From assembly GCF_006345805.1 (NCBI RefSeq), contig NC_042997.1:176204001-176268000 (forward strand): DNA of 64,000 bases, read 5' to 3'. The notes beneath the pieces are model-generated. The model had not been told where the DNA came from, ran no database searches, and saw nothing but the letters and a program-made list of their open reading frames with translations. Source of the stretch: Octopus sinensis. Lineage: Eukaryota. Below are positions 13,452 through 26,949 of the stretch, piece by piece (positions within the stretch are counted from its first letter, which is position 1; each line of letters starts with the position of its first letter). Both the position numbers and the translations under genes were made by a program.

Positions 13452-13698
13452 CATCATCATCATCGTTTAACGTCCGTCTTGCGCGCTAGCACGGGTTGGA
13501 CGGTTCGACCGGGGTCTGGGAAGCCAGGGGCTGCACCAGGCTCCAGTCTGATCTGGCAGTGTTTCTACAGCTGGATGCCCTTCCTAACGCCAACCACTCT
13601 GCGAGTGTAGTAAGTGCTTTTTACGTGCCACCTGCACAGGTGCCAGGGGGGTCTGGCATCGGCCACGATCGGTTGGTGCTTTTAATGTGCCACCGGCA

Positions 13699-13700
<2 letters not shown>
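13452..13700 (-). mobile_element. RTE 3'-end fragment
   Basis: Very similar to 5112-5360, with a (cat)n tail at the left and (AT)n at the right. Confidence 0.85.
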
Positions 13701-13744
<44 letters not shown>

Positions 13745-13964
13745 GAGAGCGTATTTTTATAGTGTGTGTGAATATATACACAACATACAGACACACACAC
13801 AGAGTATATTTTTAGTGTGAGTGTCTGTATGTTGTGTGTATATTCACACACACTATAAAAATACTCTCTCTCTCATATATATATATATAACACCCGCACT
13901 AAAAATATACTCTGTGTGTGCATGTAGTATGCTTTTATAGTTTGTGTGCGCACATATACATAGA

Positions 13965-14078
13965 CAGACAGGGAGACAGACAGATAGATAGATAGACACA
14001 CAGATAGACAGAGACATAGATAGACAGACAGATAGATAGTTAGACAGATAGATAGATAGATAAACAGACAGACAGACA
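13965..14078. repeat. Compound (GACA)n/(GATA)n microsatellite
   Basis: Read directly. Confidence 0.9.
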
Positions 14079-15278
14079 TATTTAAGATGTATAGAAGTAT
14101 TAAGGCAATTTGTTCCAAGTAGCTCTACTGTTCTTCACATCAAAATGATTGATTTATCAATACTTTCTCCTATTCTGCATTCTAAGAATTCTCACTTAAT
14201 GACACACAAACTTATTCTCTCTCTCAGCCTCTCACACAGAGACATAAATACAAACCTTTTCTTGATGAAGTTGTATGTCTTTCATATTGAAACAAATTTC
14301 AGAATCTTATTAGCATTTAATAATGCTCAATAATTCTTGGTACAGTATGTTAAGTACTTAATAATTATAACAATTTCAAACATCAAAAACATTTCACATC
14401 TAATTAAACATGAACTTTAAACACAAATTATCTTAAATGTCAAGAATTGATGATAATGTGTGGCTGAGGACTGGATTCCTTCTACAGTTTATATTATACT
14501 TCCAATATATCTCAAAGAAATTATTCATTAAATACAAATGTTACAAAGCAATTAGCAGAAAGAAAAGTGTCTTTTTTTGTGTTCTATAATAATTTTATTT
14601 TATTTTTTATTCTGTCTCATCTTCTTTTGAATTTTCCTGAAGATTTTCCTGGTGTTGGTTGTATCACAATTTCACAATTTTTGCTTTCATAATGCATCTT
14701 ATCTGGCCCCACTAAATAGAAGAAAAAAAGCATCTGTCGGAAGGATATAAACATAAATTAAAACACTAGATGTAAAACAGTATTCGGTGTATGTATGTAT
14801 ATATGTCTTGTATCAAGGCTGTATCATGCGCGGGGACATAGAAATAATCGGACTGAATACCCGATCGCGTGGTTAAACCATTGGGAGTGAAGGACTCCTA
14901 TCCTTTGTTAGAGCATCCTTCTAGGAGAAGGTAACTCAGGTAACTGGGATAACTCCGACATAAAACCTACGGCTCAGTGGTTACTGATGATGTTGACTTG
15001 TTCTTCTTTTCGGATTATAGCTGCTGTTGCTTAGTGAGTGGGATTGACTCAGTGCACAGCCTTTCCTCACTTTAAAAAAAATCTTCTTGCACAGGCATTG
15101 CACGATAACAACATTGATTAAGCTTCGTGCAATGGCCATACTCGATAACGAGGGAGCAGCCACCACCATGTATGTATGTATGTGTGTGTATGTGTGTGTG
15201 TATATATATATATAACATACATACATCATACATACATACATACATACATATATCATACATACATATATACATATATAA

Positions 15279-15615
15279 CAGGGTTATTCAAAAAGAATGA
15301 GCCAATTTCATTGCACAATATTTTAATAAGGAAAAGCAATAGAAAACTGCAGCTAAGTCAAAAGTATTTACTCACGATCAACTTTTATTTCCTGTCTTAC
15401 AAGTATTCAATGTGGCCACCACCTGCAGCATGGGCAACATCAATGTGATAGGAGAATTCCTCCCAGATGCATATCAGCATATCACAATCCACTGAGTTGA
15501 TCGCTGTTGTTATTTGATGTTTAAGGTCATCAAGGTTAGTGGGTAGCAGTGGAACATAAACACTATCTTTTACATATCCCCACAAGAAAAAAATCACACA
15601 CTGTGGATCACACAC
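15279..15615 (-). mobile_element. Tc1/mariner-superfamily transposase C-terminal relic with one TIR
   Basis: ORF 15397-15615 reads FFLWGYVKDSVY...DDLKHQI...GGGHIEYL. The terminal sequence cagggttattcaaaaagaatgag is at 15279. Confidence 0.75.
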
Positions 15616-15696
15616 TCAGTATAGTATATATATATATATAATATATATATATATATATGCACACACACACACACACACACACAACACACACACACA

Positions 15697-15727
<31 letters not shown>

Positions 15728-15739
15728 CAATCTGGTGTG

Positions 15740-17420
15740 TATAGAATTTTAATATAGAGTTTCAGCACCTGTTAGTTGGCTCCGAAGAGAAGAGCCAGTC
15801 TTTGGGATGTAGTCTCAGATATGCTGAGGATGTGCTTTTGTCAGGAGAGATCCTCAGTGATAGTAATGCCCAGCATTTAGAGCTACAGTGTGGGCTCTAG
15901 TTGAGTGCTAGTGATGTTTTCTTCATATGAGTAATGCTTTTTTTTTTCTTTTGCTGTGAAGAGACAAGGTTGGCAAGGGTCCAATATATGAATGCTCTCA
16001 GAGTTTCCATTTATGGAATCAATGAAGGTTTGTTGCGTGTGTCTAAGTTGCATGTCATTAATTCATGGTTTGGGAAAATTTAAGAGAAATGAAGGCTTGT
16101 GTCATTTGTGTGTAAGGGTGGTGTTGGATGTGATACTAAGTAGGCCATTGATGTATAGAACAAAGTGAGTGGAGGATGAAAACCAAATCTTGACCAATGT
16201 CTGTGATGATTGAGCATAAAGTAGAAAGTGCTCCATCAACACATGATGGTGTGAACACATGGGAAACTACTAATCCAAGAGACAAGAGACAGGAAGAGTC
16301 CAAAGGCAGAACCTTTGATAGGAGCTTTGCTTGCTTGACACAATAAAAAGCTTTGCTGATATCTAGAGTAATAACATTGCTTTCACTGAATTTCTCTAAA
16401 GAGCCTACAGGTGAGAAATACAAGAGAGTAGATTACCAGTGCCTCTGGTTCCGCAGTGGCTATTAAGGGGAGAGAGAGAGAGAGTCAAGGTGTTAGAGAA
16501 CATCATTCTTAATGACTATCTCTTATTTTAGAGATGTTAGAAGTGAGAGCATTAGGACAATAGTTGGCTGGGTTCAATGATAGCCTTTCTTTAGAATAGG
16601 ACACACTGAAGTGTGCGTCCATATGTTAGGATATATCCTATCAGAGAATGATAGATTAAAGAATTTGATAGTATAGGAACAAGTTCTGGGGTACAAAAGA
16701 AGAGAAATTGTTGGTTTGAAGCAACTGATGGTATTTCTGCACTTGATGTGTGTGTGTGTTATTTCTGGTTGATCCAGAGGTAAATAGCATAAGAATAGTG
16801 GATCTCTAATGAGTCTGGTGACTTGAAATGCCATAGAGTTCTGGAAGGAGTGGGTGTTGTGTAGTATGTGATTGGGTGTTGGACAGTTGCAATGAAGCAG
16901 TGATTGGATGACTCAATAGGGGCAGAGACAGTCACAGTTTGGTAGAGGTTAGAAAGAGATTGAGGGTGTTTTAAGTGTCTGTGTTGGTCTAGAATGTGTG
17001 TAGAGGATGAAACAAGTTGATGTAAAAAGTTGAGAATAGTAAAAGATTCAGCTTCTACACACCAGCATTGATGTGGGATGAACATGAGGACTACGAGATA
17101 CTGTGAGTATTTGAAACCAATAAGGATGATGACTTTAGAGAAGGGAGAGGTGAGATAGATGTTCTCAATACAAGAAGAGATATAGTCAAAGAGTTGTTGT
17201 TGGTTGAAGGAGCAATAGAGGGAACAGTTGTATTTGAGGAAATTAAGGAGGGAGATTTTTAGCCAGAGTAACTGGAAGTTATTATTGCTGAAATACAGAT
17301 GAAAACGATGAGAGATAGGGAGAATATGGTTGATATATGCACAGAAACCACATTGGGGAATGAAATTTAAGTAGAGTGTATCCCAGACAGCGGTGAATTT
17401 GGTAGATGGAAACTGCAAGA
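15740..17420 (-). mobile_element. Degenerate CR1/L2/Jockey-group LINE (endonuclease and RT fragments)
   Basis: ORF 16759-17535 is an APE-like remnant (LWLKI, FDYISSCIE, LHQLV, RTLWHF). RT remnants include VCPILKKG and TLDISKAF...LLSKVLP. Confidence 0.75.
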
Positions 17421-17705
17421 AGCATGTTGTGTGTGTGTGTGTGTGAGTGTGTGCACAAATGTGCATGGATGTTGATTTTCCATACTTATGACTGTTGAGC
17501 AAAATGGCAATGGTTGTGACATTCCTTGTTGGCATGGTGACTTGTTGCTTTATGCTTTTGAAGACTGCTGAAAAAAAATCTTTACTTGAAAAACCAGTAA
17601 GGATTGGTGACTAGAAGAGCATCCAGCTATTAAAAATCCTGCTTCAGTTAACTCACTATCCAACTCATGCTAGCATGAGAAAATGGACACACAACAATTG
17701 AACAA

Positions 17706-17754
<49 letters not shown>

Positions 17755-19728
17755 CGTGCATGTGTGCACGCACGCATGCATATAATTCTTTGAATTTTAA
17801 TTGTTATAAATTGTATAAATTGCTTTATTATGATATGCAAGAATATTTTTATTTTTCCTGCCAAATCCTTTCATTCTGAGATTTAGTTACATGCTGCTTC
17901 CCAAAGAATATTATGAGCAATACATGGACATTTGACAATACATAAAAAATAGAAGAAAACAGTTTATTCTACTTCTTCATGCCTATTTTATTTGATTTCT
18001 TATTTGGTGTGTGTGTGTGTAATTGTGAGACCTGCTTCTATTTTTATGCAAGTAGTGCCAAATTACTCAAATAACTTGTTAACTAATCAATAAAATTTTA
18101 AGGATCTCCAAGAATATAAAAAATATATATATATCAACTGATTCATTTATTGAATTGTGTGTGGCAGATTTGATGATTATTTGCATAAGTTAAACCCAAA
18201 GTTTCACAACACTTTATAAACTGTATTGACTCAGTTGCAGTATATATTCCGTCAATAAGTTGATTTGATTGGTATTTTGAGAATATGAGGAAGTGAAATG
18301 AGGTGAAACAAAAGCTGCTCTGTAAGAAATGTCAGCATAGCAAAATTACATTTATACATTGATTATATATTGATTGCTCCCCGTCACTCAAACTAGCTTA
18401 AATGAGTTCAGTCACAGTTGCCTGTGACTGAACTCATTTAAGGACTCTGTACTTCTTTATTTCACTAACCTACTTTTCATTGTTTTTCTGTGAAATGCAA
18501 TAAATCAAATAGAATTGGATTAAACCTAAAATAAATTTGGCAGAAACCAATTATTAGACACTTAAAGCAATTTACAACTCATTACCAATTTCTTTTTTTA
18601 ATTCAAGAAAAAAGTGTCAAATACATGATCTTGTGAATTCCTCATGAAATTATGGTGTGAAGTTTATAAGGATATTTTTGCTTTTATTAAGGTACCAAAT
18701 TGGCTGAAGTGTTAGTGTTAAATAAAGTGTTTTGTGGCATGTGTTCTTACACTCTGTGCTTTTAGTTCAATCCCACCAAAGTCAACTTTACCTTATATCC
18801 TTTTGGGGTTGATAAAAAGGTTACAATGCAGGTGATAGATTGGCAGAACTGCTAGAGTCATGGAAGAGATGCCTTATTATATCTATTCTAGCTCTTTGCA
18901 TTATGACAACAATACCTGCGCTTTACTGTCTTGACCCAAGTCAGCAGCCTGACTTGGGAATCCTTTTACAGATCTGTATTGGAGAGGATTGTCCCCTTAT
19001 CAGATGCACTCTTATTTTTCAACTTCCTGATTTACCAACATTATAACATGCTTCAGGTTGTCTTAGAAAAATTATTTTTATAGATATCTCTTGCACTCTC
19101 TTTATTTTTACCATAATACTAGTTAATACCTTCACTCATAGCTTTATTCAGCTGAAGTTGACATGGGGGTTAAGCAATAACACCACCAACAAGATGAAAG
19201 CCAAAGTTTATCCTGGTAGGATTTTAACTTGGAATGAGAGACCATATCATCATCTACAACAACAACAACCAGCTAAAAACAACTGCCAAATCCCCTTGAA
19301 ATCACACCTTGTCATCTTACAAAAAAAATGCATCTGGCCAATGTAGTCCCAGTTATACAAAAAGACAGGATGATTATCACTAGAATGAATTTGTTCAAAG
19401 AGGGCTAACTTGAGGTTAAACAACAACTTTCAACTATTTTTGCATGTAATGCAATTGTTTTCTAGGCACTGCTTTAGCTTTAGTAACACTGTTATGCAGC
19501 TGCTAATGTCTCCAGTTTATGCACTATAATTATAATGTGCAATAACGACAAAGTTATTTGGTTGTTGTCTTTTCCCAACTCATTAGTTAAATTACTTTTA
19601 CTTTATCAACTGTCAGATTATCAACAGATCCTCTCTTTCATTCTTACACTCACACACACACACACACCAGAACATCCTCGTACTTGACTTGTGAATTTAT
19701 CTGTCAGCTGAACAGGTATATACATATT

Positions 19729-20117
19729 ACTAGCAGTATCGCCCGGCGTTGCTCGGGTTTGTAAGGGAAATAACTATATTAGCATTTTTAGAGTTATAGC
19801 GAAAAAATAGCAAAAAAATGCATTAAAAATGGGGAAAAAAATGATGGTAAATTTTTTTTTAAATCGTAGACATTCTTAGAGAGTTACTTCCCTTATATAA
19901 TAGCGAAAAAAATGCATTAAAATGGAAAAAAATGATGGTAAATTTTTTTTTAAATCGTAGACTCATCGTAGACGTGCGCTAATACCCAGAAGGGCTCGAT
20001 ATGAATCACGACTATAAGATACCCGGTTTTGGTTAAACTGCACCGCAAAATGTGAGAGTAGTTAGGAATCTAAATCGTAGGAGACAGACACACAACTTGA
20101 CTTTTATATATAAAGAT
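19729..20117 (+). mobile_element. Helitron/Helentron-like non-autonomous element with an internal ~65-bp duplication
   Basis: 5' ACTAGCAGTATCGCCCGGCGTTGCTCGGG and 3' (ac)-rich tract then ttttatatataaagat. These ends are shared with 24076 and 61609. Confidence 0.6.
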
Positions 20118-20449
20118 TAGACATCCTTTGACATCTCTAATGTTAAATTTGAGCAAACTTTTGTTTCTGCTTAATCCTCTTTTCCGATCCCTTTATAGTT
20201 ATGCCTGGTTCCTTCATCCTTGATGAAGGAGCTTAAAACTATGCCAGTCACCCTAATTCATATTTAGCATCTCTGGAATTTTCTTTCATTCTGTTGTATA
20301 TCATCTTTTATTTTTTACTTGTTTCAGTCTTTAAACTTTGGCCATGCTGGGACATCGCCTTGAAAAATTATTAGTCGAATGAATCAACCCCAGTACTTTT
20401 TTTTTAAAGCCTGGCACTTATTCTATCTCTTTTGCTGAACTGCTAGGTT

Positions 20450-20770
20450 CATCATCATCATCATTTAACGTCTGTTTTCCATGCTAGCATGGGTTGGTTG
20501 GTTGGACCTGGGTCTGGGAAGCCAGAAGGCTGCACCAGGCACCAGTCTGATCTGGCAGTGTTTCTACAGCTGGATGCCTTTCCTAATGCCAACCATTCTG
20601 TGAGTGTAGTGGGTGCTTTTTACTTGCCACTGGCACAGGGGCCAGATGAGGCTGGCAAACGGCCAGAATTGGTTGGTGCTTTTACGTGTCACCGACACAG
20701 ACGCCAGTCAGGTGGCGCTGGCATCTGCCATGTTCGGACGGTGCTGTTAACGTGTCACCGGCACAGGTAT
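20450..20770 (-). mobile_element. RTE 3'-end fragment inserted into a tRNA-derived SINE (SINE halves ~20315-20449 and ~20771-20995)
   Basis: The two flanks join to rebuild the SINE seen intact at 3349-3735. Confidence 0.8.
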
Positions 20771-22139
20771 CTTATGGAAACATAAACACACCAACACCGG
20801 TTGTCAAGCAGTGGTGGAGGACAAAATCACACACACCAGAGTTCTTTTCAGCTTTGACTATCAAATCCACTCACAAGGCTTTGGTTTGGCCAAGGCTGTT
20901 GTAGAAGACATTTGTCTAAGGTGTCATGCAGTGCAACTGAACCCAAGACCATGTGATTAGGACGCAAGCTTCTCATCACACAGCCACACCTGCACCTCTG
21001 GAAACAATTATTAAATAAAAATAGTTTTATAGACTGAAGTTATTTGTACTTATTTTCCCTGTATGTTTCACTAACCACCTATCAACATCATTTTTACTTG
21101 ATTATCCCCTCTCTCTTTATCCTTTTCTTTCAAGCATATTCTTCAAATGCATATTATCAATGCTATGATTTAGAAAATGTACAGAGATGCACATACTGAC
21201 ACATATCCCACACCCACCTATATATTTCTTTTCTAACATGCTACTTGTATTAATATGTTTGCCACTAGCAAACATATTAGTCTTTCATACTATGAGAATC
21301 TATTAGTACAACTGCTCAACATTAGTATCTATTCATCATTATTCAATTTAATCACCTGGTCTGGCTGATTGGAGATGATCTGGGTTTAAACTATAAATTA
21401 ATCACATTTTCTTAAGTGTATCTTTTACATATCTATTAATTTCTTAATTAATTTTCAATGAAATCTCCTTTCAGTAGCTTGTTTAATAATTTTTCATTAC
21501 CTGAAATGTTTATATTAGCTATAAGAGTTTTTAATAATAACTTAGTCTTGGAGAAAACTCTGAAAGAACTTCAACCAAGGCAAGATAAATTTGTCATGTC
21601 ATTTCAGTTTCTAATTGAAATTGTTCTACTTCTCTGACATCTTTAATGTTCCTGGGAAAACCACTTATATTTCATTAGAAGTTTATCGTCACTGTTCTGA
21701 CAGAAGTGTGAAGTGTTTTAGAATTGCTAAAACAAGTTTTCCTTGTTTTAAAAAGGCTGGTGAATTGTACAGTTGGTATATATCATCAACATAATTTTAC
21801 ATGTACTTTCCATATTGATATGGATTGCACAGGTCATCATCATTATAATCTTACATCTTTCTATATTGGTATGATTTGGAGTGGTCATCATAGCCTCAGT
21901 TCTTCTTCTTCAGAGTTATTCCCCATCCAGACAGGTCAGGGTGCTACATCTTATTGTACATTTATTTTGGCTTGATTTCTCTGGTAAAATGCCCTTCCTA
22001 ACACCAAATATTTTATGGAGTATATTGAAAGTACTTTTTGGTGGCACTAACATTAGAGAGGTTGTTTATCCTGCAATACTAAAGCGTTTATTCTACCCCA
22101 AGCTCTCTCAGTTCATACAAGGCATACATGGCTAAGAGA

Positions 22140-22480
22140 TGAATAGAAGGGAAAGTGATGACAGAGAGTACTGGGGCAAATGAAAGAATATGAGTATGAT
22201 AAGAGAAACAGTATTAAGAACAAGTCAGGTAGAAGAGGAAAGAGTAATGAGAGAGATATAGTCGAAGACAATTACATGCTGGTTGTTGGTAAAGAGATTC
22301 AATAGAGAGAAGCAGCACAATGTGATGAGGGAAAATTGAGTGAGGGAAAAAGACTGTGATTGAAAAGGGTGTAAAGTACATGTCTGGGAGAGAGAGAAGA
22401 ACTTCAATGGAGATGAGTGTTAAACAACAATAGTGAGGGATGATGGAAAGCGAGAGTGGTGGCTGTCAATAGAAAGTAGT
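22140..22480 (-). mobile_element. Degenerate LINE endonuclease fragment related to 16759-17420
   Basis: Remnant VIVFDYISLITLSS with the same purine-rich composition on +. Confidence 0.45.
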
Positions 22481-24075
22481 AAGAAGAGAGATACAGATAG
22501 TTAAGAAGGCTGATGACAAGGAATTTAAAATGCAGACAGTTGTAATGCCATCCCACATTATACAAGTGGTATAGTGCAATGAATAAGAGAATGGTTGAGT
22601 GACAGACAAGAGGAATCTGTTAAACAGAAGCTGTTCATAAGCCTACTATGTGGATGTTTATAATCTAAAAACTGATATAGTTAATGTTAGTGTTTTTATT
22701 TCCCATAAGTTAGCATTTTGATGAATAGAGTGGAATAAAATAAATACCAGATTGTAATAGGTACTGGGGTCATTATTATCTTGAAAGCAATCCCTAGAAT
22801 GACAGCAGTTTACTGGCTGAAACCAGAAGAATGCAAGAATAAATATCTAGGAAATTAGTTGAGATTTATTTTTATCATTTGCTTTAAGATTTAATTCTTT
22901 GGGATGTGTGTGTGTGTGCATGCACATGCGACCTGTTTGTTTTATGTGTGTGTGTATTTTTAATATATGTTCATTATTAGTTGTAATTGGACAATTTACG
23001 TATATAAATACATATTTAAATTTATTACTTTTTGATGATGATATTGCCTTTTCTCCTGTTTTTAATCTATTTTTCACTCCATTTATGACAAATATATTTC
23101 TAACATGATGATGGAGTAACATTATATAATGTATTTCAATGTTTGTATACTGAACAAAGATAATTCACCACAAGCAAAAAATACACCGACTTGATGAAAC
23201 AAAACAAAAAAAAAGTTTCTACTTTTTAATAGAAGAGCTTCTAAAACTTATACTGTCTCTATATCATTTTAATAGCATTTTATCAATTTTCTATTAAAGA
23301 TCAATTGCATTTCATCAAAGTTCCTTGCTAAATATGGGACTATAATGAGGAGTTCATATATATATATAAAACACCATGGTTATATTTCTTTAAAATTTGT
23401 GTCAAAGATAGATAAGTATTTCAATAATATTTTTAATAAGCAAGTTTTGAAAATTAACTTTTGAAAAATGGAATGCAACCATTATTAAAAAAATTCATAT
23501 TTTCAATATTTTCTCCATTGCTTCAATATGACTAAATAATTCTAAAGCACACACTAACAGATAACCCATTACAAATGGCACAGGCTATATGTGTAAAGAA
23601 TATTTTTCAATAAAACGCAAAATGGTACTTGAGCTTCAGTTATGTGCAGTCAAGTGTTTAAATAGTAAGAGCTTCAGTTCCCATGATCTAAGAGGCAATA
23701 GGTTTCTAATAGAAAACTGTCTAGATTTGGCCACCTTTTTTAATTCAATACCTCTACTACTCATAGACATGTAATAGAGCACTCACAACTCTTGGAAACA
23801 TTTTTTTTTCATGCTCATAATTGTCACAGCATGAAATACACTACCCATGTCAGTTGTAAGCTGTCGGGACATTGCATCCCTCAAAAATTTTATGCATCCT
23901 AAAATTTGCCAACTCTGCTCTTAATGTGCCTAAGTATGCTACTTTGTTCATGACTCTTTTAATGTTCACTTCTCTGTTTTCTTGCATCCCTCAAAAGTTC
24001 CATGCTTCCTAAAATTCACATACACTACTCTTGATGTACCTATATACCCTCTCCTCATTTTGTGTTTTATTCTGT

Positions 24076-24407
24076 ACTAGCACTATGACTCAGCGTTGCC
24101 GGGTCATAATCCTGGTGCATGCATATACAGCTGCGTGCTTGCGCACATACACGCGAGTGCTGGCATTCAATTGGCGTATCAAGTTTTGGGCATTTTGATT
24201 GGGTTTTGGATAGAAAATTCACAAAAACGTCACTTCTATTGATTTTTTAATGGCTTTGCGGAGTGACTAGGGAAATGTAAGGATGTGCACGACCACCCTT
24301 GGATGGTTTTGAGTGACCATAGAAAGTGCGAGCCCTCTAACTGAAAAATTGTGGATTTGTATAAAGGACACGCACGCAGAGATTTTGCCATTTATATATA
24401 GAGAGAT
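24076..24407 (+). mobile_element. Helitron/Helentron-like non-autonomous element
   Basis: 5' ACTAGCACTATGACTCAGCGTTGCCGGG and 3' cacgcacgcagag...tttatatatagagagat. Confidence 0.55.
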
Positions 24408-24974
24408 ACTGAGCATGTACTTTTAGCTTTCCCTGCAGTCATTCTTTACTTGACTTATGGTTGCTTTCTGTCCCCTCTTTTAACCTTTTCCAATAAGTTG
24501 TAGCCCACTCGAGCATTGTGTATGTTTATCATCATTATTATTATGGCAATGAGCTAGCAGAATCAAGAGAGCATCAGACTAATTACTTAATGATAGTTAT
24601 TCCAGCTTTTTACTTTCTAAGTTCAAATACCATTGAAGCCAACTTTGAATTTTATTCTTTCGGAGTTGATAAAATAAAATATCAGTCAAGTATTGAGGTT
24701 GATGCAATTGACTTGCCCACTCCCCTCAAAATTGTTGGTATGTGCCAAAATTAGAATTATTATTGTGTGTGCATGCATACACACACACATGTACACACAC
24801 TAAGGCCATATTTGTGACACTGTCATGTGGTTAGTTAAAGAGAGAGGCAAGAAGAGTGTTAGGAGTGAGGGCTATGTGGTTAAATAATTAGTTGAAGGAA
24901 TAGGTGGAAAGAGAGAGAAATAGAGATTGAACATACCTAACATTAGGTGGTATAGTTTAAAGGGAAGAGAGAAA

Positions 24975-25010
<36 letters not shown>

Positions 25011-26404
25011 ACTGAAGGGAACATGGTGTTAATGTATCTACCTATCCACATAGATAGATACATCAACAGATAGAAGACCAAAAGACGAATGGCTATGTAT
25101 GCAATAGATTGCTAAACTAAAGTGAAATAACCTTAGCTACCAAATATCTGCATGAATGTTACTCTTTTATTTGTGTCAGCCAAATTCTGGGGCCATGCTG
25201 GGGCACTACCATAATTCGGTTTAGTATTTTTATTTATTTTTTTATTTGATTTAAATGCTTCTTTGTATTGCCATTGTGGACAGATACTAGCATTGACAGA
25301 AATAAAAGTAGACAGGTGGGCAGGTAGGCAGGCTGGCTAGTTAGTTGGTCAGTTAGTAGACAGACAGACAGACACTCACTCATACACCTGCATGTGTGTA
25401 TTCCCTCACAAAATCATGCAACAATGAAACCTCCACCGATATACCTCAGTTGTTCAATCAACAGATCTACCTTCTCATTAAATTATATTGACTAAGTTGA
25501 AAGTAACAGCTATTTATACCTTTAATGCAAATCTCTGGCAGAGTCTGCATGACACAATGTGTGACAATGCCTAACACTTTGAACTACAAACACAGTCCAT
25601 CCCGTGGGCTCCACACACCATTTCCATTTCCCCAATTCCTCTTCGAGGCTTGTGTCATCCTTATGGTAGCAACTGTCAAAGATGCCAAACAGTAAGACGT
25701 AGAACCTCATGACTGTAGTGTAAACATCTTAACCATTCAGCTTTGTCTGCGTGACACACATATGTATTCTTGAACAAAGGGGAAAGGAAAAAAAAAAGAG
25801 AGGGATGTGTGAGCCAATATACCAAACATAAGTAAATATCAATAGCTTTTGAAATTTTTATTATCTCTGGAAGTTTCTAAACAATGAACCCCATTTAACT
25901 TTTCACTTGCAGAAAAGTAAGAGAGAATGTAAAAGACACTTTATATACAGTCTCCTTCCACCATTATATTATAAATAGGATAGTGTATGCATTGTCTATT
26001 ATATATTGTGTATACGTTATGTGTGTTTTGTGTGTTTGTTGTGCATATGTATATGTTGTTTTAAGTAGTGTGTGTGTGTATGCACATGTTGCTTGTCTCT
26101 GTTGTATGTGTATCTGTGTGTTGTACACATTGTATATTTTTCCTGTGTGTATGTTATATATATTTGTTGGTGTTGCATATGTGTGCTGTGTGTCATTTCT
26201 CAATCAATTGTTTTCATGTTCCCTGAAAAACAATTAACATTGTTTTTTGCGATAACCCTTTATGCAAAGGGCTTCAAAGACTTTTGGTACTGCCTTTTAA
26301 TTCTAACTAAATAAAAAAAATGAAAACCAGACCCTCTGTATATTTAGCAATACTGTTATAATTGCAACACTATTTTTCTTTCTTTTATTATTAATTATAA
26401 TAAG

Positions 26405-26695
26405 TGAAGGCACATGGCTTAGTAGTTAGAGTATTTGGCTTATAATTGTAAGGTTGTGAGTTCAATTCCCAGTGATATGTTCTATCTTTGTGCAAGATGC
26501 TTTATTTCACATTGTTCCAGTCCACTCAGCTGGCAAAAATTAGTAGTACCTGTATTTCAAAGGACCAGCTTTGTCACATTTGAATGTATGTTAAGGGTAC
26601 ACGTATCTGTGGAGTGCTCAGCCACTTGCCTGTTAATTTAACAAGCTAGCTGTTCTGTTGATCAGATGAACTAGAACCCTCATCATTGTAACTGA
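26405..26695 (+). mobile_element. tRNA-derived SINE family c
   Basis: Box A-like tggcttagtagttag and box B-like gagttcaattccc, followed by gcaagatgctttatttcac. Confidence 0.7.
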
Positions 26696-26949
26696 TCCTC
26701 TCAGCTTCAGTTATATTACAAGGATCTCATTTACCTTCTATAGATTTACTAACCCTCAAAGATTTCTTTTCTTTGAAGGTTAGTAAATCCATAGCAAGTA
26801 ACAGAGGAAGTCCCTTAGTTTTAAAGCTAAAAGGAAAAGAATTAGTTAACATGAAAGAAAGATCAGGTGATCTGCAGTTGTCCCATTCAGTCATCTTTGT
26901 TATTCTTAAGAGAAAGTAAAGAATCTCAGATTCAGTAATAGATTAGGTT

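Noticed and set aside
14974-14990. CTGATGA motif here and at 4507 and 22511
   Set aside because: No downstream stem II and GAAA, so these are not hammerheads.
26405-26470. tRNA-like box A and box B sequences here and in other SINE heads
   Set aside because: There is no complete cloverleaf, and each continues into a SINE body.
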